Source: an uncultured Collinsella sp.
GTDB lineage: Bacteria > Actinomycetota > Coriobacteriia > Coriobacteriales > Coriobacteriaceae
Reading direction: 5' to 3'
Assembly (NCBI GenBank): GCA_900545075.1
Contig: UQXT01000001.1
Location: forward strand, 1-56,686
Length of the DNA: 56,686 nucleotides
Shown here: positions 30,305 to 38,607 of the stretch, piece by piece
Position numbering within the stretch: position 1 is the stretch's first letter
Layout of the letters: every line of letters starts with the position of its first letter
Notes under the pieces: model-generated
What the model was told of the DNA's origin: nothing
What the model saw: only the letters and a program-made list of their open reading frames with translations
Database searches by the model: none
Translations under genes and position numbers: made by a program

Positions 30305-31555
30305 TTAGAGAGCGGGTGGGAGGGTGTCGAGGAGGGCATGGACGGTGTTGGCGGCGCAGTCGCGTGAGTCGATGATGTAGTCGGCCCAGGCGCGGTAGCG
30401 CGGCATACGCTGCTCGGCCAGCTTGTCGATGCCGTCGCGCGCGGTGATGGGGCGGCCCTTGTGGGCGAGCTCGTCGAGCTTGCGGTTGAGCATCACGATT
30501 TGGCTGTTTTGGTGCAGCAGAGGGTAGTTCTCGTCGCGCGTAACCACGCCGCCGCCGGTGGAGAGCACCAAGCCGCTGCGCTTGGAGATGTCGGCCAGCG
30601 CTGCCGTCTCCTGCTCGCGGAAGGCCGCCTCGCCGCACTTGATGATAAAGTCGGCGCAGGGCATGCCCAGGCGCTCCTCGAGGGCGCGATCGAGATCGAT
30701 GTGCTCGCGGCCCGTGAGCTGGGCGATCTGCTCGCCCACGCGGGTCTTGCCCGAGCCCGGCATGCCGATCAGCGCGATGTTCTGTTCGCGGCGTGACAGG
30801 CGCTCCGTTACGTCCAGGATCCTCTCGCGCGGGGTGGCTTTGCCGGTATAGCGCTCGACAGCTTGTGCCGCCTGGGCAACAAGCATAAGCAGGCCGCCGA
30901 TGCAGGGGATGCCGCGGCGCTCGGCCTCGAGCATCAGGCCCGTGCGGGCGGGGTTGTAGACAATGTCGATGACGCCCTCGAGCGCATCGAGGCCTTCGAG
31001 CGTGCAAGGCGCGTCGGGGCAATGGGGGAACATGCCGGCGGGCGTGCAGTTGACGAGTAGGGAGGCGTCGGACTGCTGCGCGATATTGTCGTAGTTGACC
31101 TCGCTCGTGCGACCCACGGGTACGACGATGGCGCCCATGTCTCCCAGCACCATACTTGCCGTGGTGCCGGCGCCGCCGGTGGCACCGAGCACGAGGGCCT
31201 TCTTGCCGGCAACCTCAACGCCCAACTCCTCGACCAGGCACTGGAAACCGAAGTAGTCAGTATTATCGCCGTGCAGGCGGCCGTCGGGCAGGCGCGTGAT
31301 GGTGTTGACGTTGCCCATGCGCTCGGCGAGCGGGCTCAGCTCGTCCAGGTATTCCATGACGGCGCGCTTGTAGGGGATGGTCACGTTGGTGCCCTCCCAT
31401 TCGTCGCCCGTCATAAAAGCCTCAAGATCCTCGGGCTCGCGCTCAAAACGCACGTACTCAAGCCCCGCCAGCTCCTTGTAGATGGTCGGGGTGTAGCTGT
31501 GGCCCAGCACGCGGCCCAGCACGCCGTAGGGGCGGGTTGCGGCGGTATCGGTCAT
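30305..31555 (-). CDS. Shikimate dehydrogenase-shikimate kinase fusion (AroE-AroK)
   Basis: GHSYTP, NVTIPYK, NTDY, DIVYNP (AroE); LIGMPGSGKT, GEAAFR, STGGG (AroK). Confidence 0.93.
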   Translation of the reverse strand: MTDTAATRPYGVLGRVLGHSYTPTIYKELAGLEYVRFEREPEDLEAFMTGDEWEGTNVTIPYKRAVMEYLDELSPLAERMGNVNTITRLPDGRLHGDNTDYFGFQCLVEELGVEVAGKKALVLGATGGAGTTASMVLGDMGAIVVPVGRTSEVNYDNIAQQSDASLLVNCTPAGMFPHCPDAPCTLEGLDALEGVIDIVYNPARTGLMLEAERRGIPCIGGLLMLVAQAAQAVERYTGKATPRERILDVTERLSRREQNIALIGMPGSGKTRVGEQIAQLTGREHIDLDRALEERLGMPCADFIIKCGEAAFREQETAALADISKRSGLVLSTGGGVVTRDENYPLLHQNSQIVMLNRKLDELAHKGRPITARDGIDKLAEQRMPRYRAWADYIIDSRDCAANTVHALLDTLPPAL

Positions 31556-32701
31556 CTAGAGCACCTCCGTGTAGCTGCCAAAGTAGGTGAAGCTCTCGCA
31601 TACGTCGTCGATCGAATCGAGCAGGTCGTCGAGGGCCTTGCTGCCAAAGGGACAGTCCAGGTCAAAGTAGAACATAAACTCAAAGTCGCGACCGGGGATG
31701 GGGCGGCTCTCGAGCTTGATGAGGTTGATGTTGAGTGCGTAGAAGCGCTCGAGCACGCGATAGAGGGCGCCCGGCTCGTTGGCCGTGGTGATCATGAGCG
31801 AGGTACGGTTGGCACCGGGATAGACGCGTGGCTCGCGGCTGATGACGACAAAGCGCGTGTAGTTGTTGTCCGAGTCCTGGATGTTGGACTCCAGCACCTC
31901 CAGGCCATAGAGTGCCGCGCAGCTGCGCGATGCGATGGCGGCAACATCGGTGCGGTCGGAATTGGCGACCATCTCGGCCGACATGGCGGTGTTGGGGTAC
32001 TTGGTGGCGTGCAGGTCGTGGGACTCGATAAAGCCCGCACACTGGGCAATGGCTTGGCCGTGGCTGTAAACCTCGCGCACGTCGGCGAGCTTGGTGCCGG
32101 GCTTGACGAGCATGTTGTGGTCGATCTTGAGGCGAAGCGAGCGCACGATGTGGAAGTCGAACTGGGCGAGCAGGTCGTAGACGGCGTTGACCGAGCCGGC
32201 GGTGGAGTTCTCGATGGGCAGCACGCCAAACTCGCAGAAGCCGTCGCGCACAGCGCGCATAACGCCTTCGAAGGTCTCGAAAAACGCGATGTCGGGCACG
32301 TCGAAGAGTTTGCACGCGGCGATCTGGCTATAGGCACCTTCCACGCCCTGGCAGGCAACTGTGGCCGTTTGAGGGAAGGGCGTGTCAAAGGCTGCAGCCG
32401 TGGCGTGGGCCTTTTGCGAGACGGTGATGCCCTTGAGCTCGTTGATGTAGCGCTGCTGCTCGGCCTTGCTCATGCTCATAAGGAGGCGGAACAGGGTGAT
32501 GGTCTGCGCCTCGTAGCGCTCGGGCGCGCGGCTGGCGAGGTTGTTGAGTTTTGAGCGCTCGCGGGCGGGGTCAAAGACGGCCTTGCCCATCTCGATCTTT
32601 GATTTGGCGACCTCGGTGGCAATGTCCATACGCTCGACAAAGCTATTGAGGAGCGTGGTGTCGATGCCATCGATGGTCTGGCGAATATCGGCAAGGTCCA
32701 T
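31556..32701 (-). CDS. pheA: Chorismate mutase/prephenate dehydratase
   Basis: MDLADIRQTIDGID AroQ-type mutase domain; PIENSTAGSV, NYTRF and LIKLESRP. Confidence 0.95.
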   Translation of the reverse strand: MDLADIRQTIDGIDTTLLNSFVERMDIATEVAKSKIEMGKAVFDPARERSKLNNLASRAPERYEAQTITLFRLLMSMSKAEQQRYINELKGITVSQKAHATAAAFDTPFPQTATVACQGVEGAYSQIAACKLFDVPDIAFFETFEGVMRAVRDGFCEFGVLPIENSTAGSVNAVYDLLAQFDFHIVRSLRLKIDHNMLVKPGTKLADVREVYSHGQAIAQCAGFIESHDLHATKYPNTAMSAEMVANSDRTDVAAIASRSCAALYGLEVLESNIQDSDNNYTRFVVISREPRVYPGANRTSLMITTANEPGALYRVLERFYALNINLIKLESRPIPGRDFEFMFYFDLDCPFGSKALDDLLDSIDDVCESFTYFGSYTEVL

Positions 32702-32754
32702 GGAGGCCCCTTTCACGTAATGGCAGAGTTGACAGGCAACCCAGGTGAGTCGGG

Positions 32755-33852
32755 TTAGAGCTGGCCTGCGTCCTCGAGGAGGGCGTCCCAGATGGCCAGC
32801 GCTGCGGCTGCTTCGGCTACGGGGACAGCTCGGGGGACGATGCAGGGATCGTGACGACCGTGGACCGAGAGTTCGACATTTTCCATGGCGTCCATGTCCA
32901 CGGTCTGCTGCTCGCGGCCAATGGAGGGCGTCGGCTTTACGGCCATACGCCACATGACGGGCGCGCCGGTCGAAATACCGCCCAGGATGCCGCCGGCGTT
33001 GTTGGATTCGACCTCGATCTTTCCGGTCTCGGCGTCGATGCGATACGGATCGTTGTTCTCGCTGCCGCGCATGGCGGCCACGGCAAAACCCATGCCAAAC
33101 TCCACGCCCTTCACGGCGGGAATGCCAAACGCGATCTGCGCGATTCGGTTTTCGATGCCATCGAACATGGGATCACCGATGCCCGCGGGAAGCCCGTAAA
33201 TGCCGCACTCCACGATGCCGCCGATGCTGTCGAGTTCGTCGCGCGCGGCTAGGATCTCCTCGCGCATGCGGCCGGCTGCGGCGGCGTCAATGCACGGCAG
33301 ATCGTTCGTAAGGATCGCCTTGCGGTCGGCCTCGCGATAGACCATATCGTCCATCGGCAGGTCGGAGATGCCGCCGATCTGCGCGACGTGCGCCATGACC
33401 TGAATGCCGCGGGCCTCGAGTGCCTGCAGCGCAATGCCGCCGGCGATGCACAGGGGTGCCGTTAGGCGGCCGGAGAAATGCCCGCCACCAGCGACATCGT
33501 GCATGTTGTGATACTTCACACGCGCCGGGTAATCGGCATGTCCCGGACGGGGCTTGCGGCGCAGCTCGGAATAGTCCTTGGAGCGCGTGTTGGTGTTCTC
33601 GATAATCGCGGCAATGGGCGCGCCGGTGGTATGTCCATCGACAACACCGGCGATGATGTGGGCGGCGTCGGCCTCGCGGCGTTTGGTCGCGGTCTCGTCG
33701 CGGCCGGGGGCGCGACGGTCGAGGAAGGCCTGCAGCTTCTCCTGGTCCACAGCGATGCCCGCCGGGATGCCATCGAGCGAGCAGCCGATAGCGGGGGAGT
33801 GCGATTGGCCGAAGATGCTTAAGTGCAATGCGTTGCCAAAGGTCGAGGACAT
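32755..33852 (-). CDS. aroC: Chorismate synthase
   Basis: FGQSHS, RPGHAD, GGGHFSGR, NNAGGILGGIS and GRHDPCI motifs. Confidence 0.96.
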   Translation of the reverse strand: MSSTFGNALHLSIFGQSHSPAIGCSLDGIPAGIAVDQEKLQAFLDRRAPGRDETATKRREADAAHIIAGVVDGHTTGAPIAAIIENTNTRSKDYSELRRKPRPGHADYPARVKYHNMHDVAGGGHFSGRLTAPLCIAGGIALQALEARGIQVMAHVAQIGGISDLPMDDMVYREADRKAILTNDLPCIDAAAAGRMREEILAARDELDSIGGIVECGIYGLPAGIGDPMFDGIENRIAQIAFGIPAVKGVEFGMGFAVAAMRGSENNDPYRIDAETGKIEVESNNAGGILGGISTGAPVMWRMAVKPTPSIGREQQTVDMDAMENVELSVHGRHDPCIVPRAVPVAEAAAALAIWDALLEDAGQL

Positions 33853-33853
33853 G

Positions 33854-35173
33854 CTATTCCTCCTCGAGTGTGACCTTGCCGCCCAACAGGCGGTAGTGGT
33901 CGAAGAAATCGGGATAGGACTTGTTGACGGCCTCGGCGCCGTGGATCACGACCTCGCCGGTGGCACGGCTCGCAGCGATGGCGGCCATCATGGCGATGCG
34001 GTGGTCGTTGTGCGAATCGACCTCGCCGCCGGTGAAGGCATCGACACCCTTGATGATGAGGTCGTCACCGGCGATGCGCACCTGTGCGCCCAGCGCGGTG
34101 AGCTCGCGGGTGGTGGTGACCAGACGGTCAGATTCCTTGATGCGCAGGCGCGCACAGTCACGGATGAACGTGCGGCCCTGAGCCAGCGAGGCCACGGCCG
34201 AGATAACGGGTACCAGGTCGGGAATGTCGTGGGCGCTCATCTCAAAGCCGGCGAGCTTGTCGGACTGCACGGTGGCGGCGTTGGTGGAGCGCACGATGCG
34301 GGCGCCAAAGCGCGAAAGCGCGGCGAGCACGTTGCGGTCGCCCTGCGCGGAGCTGAGCGACACGCCCTCGACGGTGATGGGGTCGGTGCCGATGGCGCCG
34401 GCACACAGCCAAAAGGCGGCGTTGGACCAGTCACCCTCGACGGCTACGCTGCCGGGCGTGCGGTACGAGCCGCTGCTCACGCGGAAGTTCGTGACCTCGG
34501 GCTGGCCGTCCTTGGCCGGAATACGCTCGACGTTGACCTCGACGCCAAAGGCCTTCATGGCCTGGATCGTCAGGTTGATGTAGGGACGGCTCTCAATGAG
34601 GCCGGTTACCTGCACGCAGGAGGGCTGGGCCAGCAGCGGGGCTGCCAGCAGAAGGCCGGAGATATATTGCGAGCTCACGTTGCCCGGAAGCACAAAGGTG
34701 CCCGGGCGCATGCGTCCGCTCGTCTTGAGCGGAAAACCGCCCAGGCCCTGTAGGTCGCAGCCGGCGGCGATGATCTCGTCCGAGAGCGGGGACAGCGGGC
34801 GGGCGCCCAAGCGTCCCTGACCCACAAAGGTTGCTTCTGCGCCCAGCGCGCAGGCGACGGGTAACATAAAGCGGAGCGTGGATCCGCTTTCACCGCAGTC
34901 AAGCGTGCCGCCGGCAAGGGCCTTGAGCAGGCCAAATTCAACACTCTTCATGGTGGGGTGGACCTGGAAGCCGTCCTCGACGGTCTCGATGCGAGCACCC
35001 AGTGCCGTAAGGCAGCGCACCGTGGCCTCGATGTCGGCGCAGGTGGTGTTGCAGGTGACGTGCGTCTCGCCGTTGGCGAGCGCAGCGCAGATGATGAGGC
35101 GATGCGCCATCGACTTGGACGCGATGGCGGGAACGGTGCCCTTGAGCGGGGACGGGGTGATGCGGGCTAGCAT
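33854..35173 (-). CDS. aroA: EPSP synthase
   Basis: SKSMAHR, CGESGSTLRF, SSQYISGLL, RIKESDR, NDHRIAM and KSYPDF motifs. Confidence 0.96.
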   Translation of the reverse strand: MLARITPSPLKGTVPAIASKSMAHRLIICAALANGETHVTCNTTCADIEATVRCLTALGARIETVEDGFQVHPTMKSVEFGLLKALAGGTLDCGESGSTLRFMLPVACALGAEATFVGQGRLGARPLSPLSDEIIAAGCDLQGLGGFPLKTSGRMRPGTFVLPGNVSSQYISGLLLAAPLLAQPSCVQVTGLIESRPYINLTIQAMKAFGVEVNVERIPAKDGQPEVTNFRVSSGSYRTPGSVAVEGDWSNAAFWLCAGAIGTDPITVEGVSLSSAQGDRNVLAALSRFGARIVRSTNAATVQSDKLAGFEMSAHDIPDLVPVISAVASLAQGRTFIRDCARLRIKESDRLVTTTRELTALGAQVRIAGDDLIIKGVDAFTGGEVDSHNDHRIAMMAAIAASRATGEVVIHGAEAVNKSYPDFFDHYRLLGGKVTLEEE

Positions 35174-36273
35174 GCGGATGCGTCTCCCTTCTGGCCGAGG
35201 CCCTCGGCAATGAGTTCGTGGAAAGTGGAAAGTGGCGTGCGGTCGATGCTGCAGCGGCCAATGCCGTGCGGAATCACCAGGTCGATAGTGTCACCGGCGC
35301 GTTTTTTGTCGTGCAGCGCCTCGGCAAAGATGGCGTCGGCCGAAAGCTCGCAGCGGGTCTTGAGGCCGTGGCGCGCGCAGAGTTCCTCGATGCGACAGGG
35401 CAGCTCGGCATCGCAAATGCCGTGCAGGGCCGCGGCACGCGTGATGATGCCCATGCCGATCGACACACAGTTGCCGTGTCCCAGACTAAAGTGCTCGCAG
35501 GCCTCGACGGCGTGTCCGGCGCTGTGTCCAAAGTTGAGGAGCTTGCGCTGGTTGGTTTCGCGCTCGTCGGCGACGACCACGGCGCGCTTGATGTCGATAT
35601 TGCGGGCGATGATGAGCGCTACGCGGGCCACATCGCGGTTGAGCAGCTCCAGCGTGAGCGGAGTCTTCTCCAGCTCGGCGAAAAGCTCCGGGTCGGCGAT
35701 CACGGCGTGCTTGACGACCTCGCCGCAGCCATCGGCGAACTGCTCGGGCGTGAGGGTGGCCAGGCACCCCACGTCGGCGATAACCACGCTCGGCTGCCAA
35801 AAGGCGCCGGCCAGGTTCTTGCCGGCAGCCAGATCGATGGCGGTCTTGCCGCCCACCGACGAATCCACCATGGCGAGCAGGCTCGTCGGGATCTGCACAA
35901 ACTTGCAGCCGCGCATGTAGGTGGCGGCCACAAAGCCCGCCACGTCGCCCACGACGCCGCCGCCGAGTGCCACGATCACGTCGGAGCGCGAAAGCTCGTG
36001 CTCGGCCACAAACTCCAAAATGGCAACGTAGGTCTCGGCGCGTTTATGGGCCTCGCCGGCCTCGAAGGTGCAGATGCTCACCTCGTAGCCTGACGCCTCC
36101 AGGCTCTGCTTAACGGGCATCTGGTAGAGTGGGCCCACGTTGGTGTCCGTAACGATGACAGCGCGCGAGCCGCCGGCGGTGGCTCGAACGAGCGGTCCCG
36201 CCTGCTCCAGCAAAAACGTGCCAACATGCACCTGGTAGGGGCGTGCGGTGTCGATATCGATGGTAATCGCCAT
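35167..36273 (-). CDS. aroB: 3-dehydroquinate synthase
   Basis: ALGGGVVGDVAGF, PTSLLAMVDSSVGGKT and LNFGHS motifs. Confidence 0.96.
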   Translation of the reverse strand: MAITIDIDTARPYQVHVGTFLLEQAGPLVRATAGGSRAVIVTDTNVGPLYQMPVKQSLEASGYEVSICTFEAGEAHKRAETYVAILEFVAEHELSRSDVIVALGGGVVGDVAGFVAATYMRGCKFVQIPTSLLAMVDSSVGGKTAIDLAAGKNLAGAFWQPSVVIADVGCLATLTPEQFADGCGEVVKHAVIADPELFAELEKTPLTLELLNRDVARVALIIARNIDIKRAVVVADERETNQRKLLNFGHSAGHAVEACEHFSLGHGNCVSIGMGIITRAAALHGICDAELPCRIEELCARHGLKTRCELSADAIFAEALHDKKRAGDTIDLVIPHGIGRCSIDRTPLSTFHELIAEGLGQKGDASAC

Positions 36274-36309
36274 AAGCTTCGGTCCTTTCGACCTGGCGTG
36301 ATGGGTGGT

Positions 36310-37224
36310 CTAGTGGGAGGCCTCGTCGTCGAGTGCGCGCTTAATTCGGTCGCCCTCGGCAAGGAGATTCTCCAGATAGCGCTGGTCGCGGTTCTTGAGC
36401 GCACGGCTGTAGGCGCCGAGCGAATCGATCAGATGGTCGATCTCGAAGGCAAGCGCATCGGCGTCGTCGATCATGAGCTCGGACCACATCTGGGGGTTGA
36501 GGTGCGCCACGCGGGTGAGATCGCGGTAGCTACCGGCCGAAAAGCCGTGGTGGACCTGGGCAGTGGGGCTTTTGACGTAGGCGTTGGATACCACGTGCGC
36601 AAGCTGGCTCGTGAAGGCGATGACACGGTCGTGCTCGGCGGCGCTGGTCACGCTGAACTTGCCAAAGCCCAAGGGGCGCACCATCTCGCGCACCTGGCCC
36701 AAAAGCTCCAGCTTGAGCGCATCGTCCACCGCGGGCGGTACGAGCACGAGTGGCGCGCCCTGGAACAGGTCGGCGCGGGAGTGTGCATAGCCCGAGTACT
36801 GCGTGCCCGCCATGGGGTGCGCGCCCACAAAGTAAAAGCCGTGCTCGTGGGCAAGCTCAAAGGCGCGCTCGCACACGATACCCTTGACGCCCACCGTGTC
36901 AATTACCACGGGGCCCATGATGGCCTCGGTATCGGTGGCGTCGGCGAGTGCCTGGGCGTGTGCCTCGAGCCACTCGATGCAGGCTTCGGGGTAGCAAGCC
37001 AGGACGATGATGTCGCATTCGCCGAGCGTCTCGTCGTTGAGCTCGCCGGCAACGGTGCCCATGCTGGCAGCCGTCATGACATCGTCATCGGGATCCCAGG
37101 CCAGCACGCGGACGCCCGCCTGCGCATAGCCGCGGGCAAAGCTGCCGCCGATGAGGCCAAGGCCGACGATGCCGGCGCACTTGGGGCCGCCCTGGTTAAC
37201 GCGCGCGTTTCTCACTGTACCCAT
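36310..37224 (-). CDS. tyrA: Prephenate dehydrogenase
   Basis: VGLGLIGGS, HPMAG, EHDR..AFTSQLAH and GSYRDLTRVA motifs. Confidence 0.93.
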   Translation of the reverse strand: MGTVRNARVNQGGPKCAGIVGLGLIGGSFARGYAQAGVRVLAWDPDDDVMTAASMGTVAGELNDETLGECDIIVLACYPEACIEWLEAHAQALADATDTEAIMGPVVIDTVGVKGIVCERAFELAHEHGFYFVGAHPMAGTQYSGYAHSRADLFQGAPLVLVPPAVDDALKLELLGQVREMVRPLGFGKFSVTSAAEHDRVIAFTSQLAHVVSNAYVKSPTAQVHHGFSAGSYRDLTRVAHLNPQMWSELMIDDADALAFEIDHLIDSLGAYSRALKNRDQRYLENLLAEGDRIKRALDDEASH

Positions 37225-37227
37225 GGG

Positions 37228-38250
37228 CTACTCCATGGTCTCTTGGCAGACGACCTCGCGGATGGCTCGGATGCGGCGCATGGTGTCGTCGAACTGATCG
37301 GGGGTGAGGGCCTGGGCGCCGTCGGACCAGGCGTGGCTCGGGTCGTCGTGGACTTCGATCTCCAGGCCGTTGGCGCCGCAGGCGGTCGCAGCGAGCGCCA
37401 TGGGCTCAACGTAGCGAGTGTATCCGGTGGCGTGGCTGGGATCGGCGACGACGGGCAGGTGCGACAGGTGGTGCAGCACCGGCACGGCGTTGAGGTCGAA
37501 GGTGTTGCGGGTGCGGGTCTCGAAGGTGCGAATGCCGCGCTCGCACAGGATGACGTTGTCGTTGCCCTCGCTCATGATGTACTCGGCGGCCATGAGCAGC
37601 TCATCGATCGTGCCGGACATGCCGCGCTTAAGCAAGATCGGAGTCTTGGTCTTGCCGACCTCTTTGAGCAGAGGGAAGTTCTGGGCGTTGCGGGCGCCGA
37701 TCTGCATGACGTCGATTTTCTTGTCCAGGAAGACCTGTACGTCGCGCGGGTCCATGATCTCGGTGACGATCGGCATGTCGAGCTCGGCAGACGCCTCGCA
37801 CAGCAGGTCCAGGCCGGCAGGGCCCATGCCCTGGTAGGCGTACGGGGAAGTGCGGGGCTTGTAGGCGCCGCCGCGCAGCATCGTGGCACCGGCGGCCTTC
37901 ACGCGGCGGGCGATGCGGATGAGGTTCTCGCCCTCGACGGAGCACGGGCCAGCGATGACCTGGAACTGATCGCCGCCGATCTTGACGCCGTGGCCGCAGT
38001 CGATGACGGAGTCCTCGGGGTGGAACTTGCGGTTGGCGCGCTTGAACGGCTCGGAGACGCGCTGCACGCGCTCGACGATATCCATGGACTCGAGTAGGAA
38101 CGGGTCGATCTTGGTCGTATCGCCCACCAGGCCGATGATCGTCTCATTCTCGCCGCGCGAGACATCGGTCTTCAGGCCCTTTTTCTCAATCCAGCTGACG
38201 ATATGGCTGACGGCCTCGTCGCTGGCGCTCTGCTTTAAAATTGCAATCAT
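37228..38250 (-). CDS. aroF: DAHP synthase (type I-beta) with N-terminal regulatory domain
   Basis: IAGPCSVE, RGGAYKPRTSPY, QIGARN and DPSHATG motifs; ATG at 38250 follows GAGG. Confidence 0.95.
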   Translation of the reverse strand: MIAILKQSASDEAVSHIVSWIEKKGLKTDVSRGENETIIGLVGDTTKIDPFLLESMDIVERVQRVSEPFKRANRKFHPEDSVIDCGHGVKIGGDQFQVIAGPCSVEGENLIRIARRVKAAGATMLRGGAYKPRTSPYAYQGMGPAGLDLLCEASAELDMPIVTEIMDPRDVQVFLDKKIDVMQIGARNAQNFPLLKEVGKTKTPILLKRGMSGTIDELLMAAEYIMSEGNDNVILCERGIRTFETRTRNTFDLNAVPVLHHLSHLPVVADPSHATGYTRYVEPMALAATACGANGLEIEVHDDPSHAWSDGAQALTPDQFDDTMRRIRAIREVVCQETME

Positions 38251-38413
38251 GGTGTGCCTCTCACCTCGATGGATAACTTTTGCAAAAACGGCCCGCATCG
38301 CGAGCCGTGTATATATGGTGCATGAGAGTTTATACTATCTGACTCGCTTTTGCCTTCTAAAGTGGGCCGTTGCGCCGCGTCTTCCTCGGAATTGCAAAGC
38401 TTTTTCTTTTATT

Positions 38414-38443
38414 TTGATAGCCCGTGGTGCACTTGGGTATAAT
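38414..38443 (+). promoter_or_regulatory. Sigma70 promoter of tRNA-Arg(CCG)
   Basis: TTGATA-18 bp-TATAAT with a T-rich upstream tract. Confidence 0.75.
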
Positions 38444-38454
38444 GCCATACGTTG

Positions 38455-38531
38455 GCCCTATTAGCTCAGGGGATTAGAGCGTCTGCCTCCGGAGCAGAAG
38501 GCCGTTGGTTCGAATCCAACATGGGGCACCA
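38455..38531 (+). tRNA. tRNA-Arg (anticodon CCG)
   Basis: GCCCTAT/ATGGGGC acceptor stem, TCTGC-CTCCGGA-GCAGA anticodon arm, T-loop, encoded CCA. Confidence 0.95.
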
Positions 38532-38539
38532 TCGAACGT

Positions 38540-38577
38540 AAGACCGTCCGAACCTCGCATGGTCCGGGCGGTTTTTC
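38540..38577 (+). terminator. Intrinsic terminator after tRNA-Arg(CCG)
   Basis: AAGACCGTCCGAACC...GGTCCGGGCGG followed by TTTTT. Confidence 0.65.
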
Positions 38578-38607
38578 TTATACCGACGCGACGTGATGGG
38601 ACGTGGT

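Noticed and set aside
25254..31555. RmlC-RmlD and AroE-AroK fusions as novelties
   Set aside because: Both fusion types are known in other bacteria.
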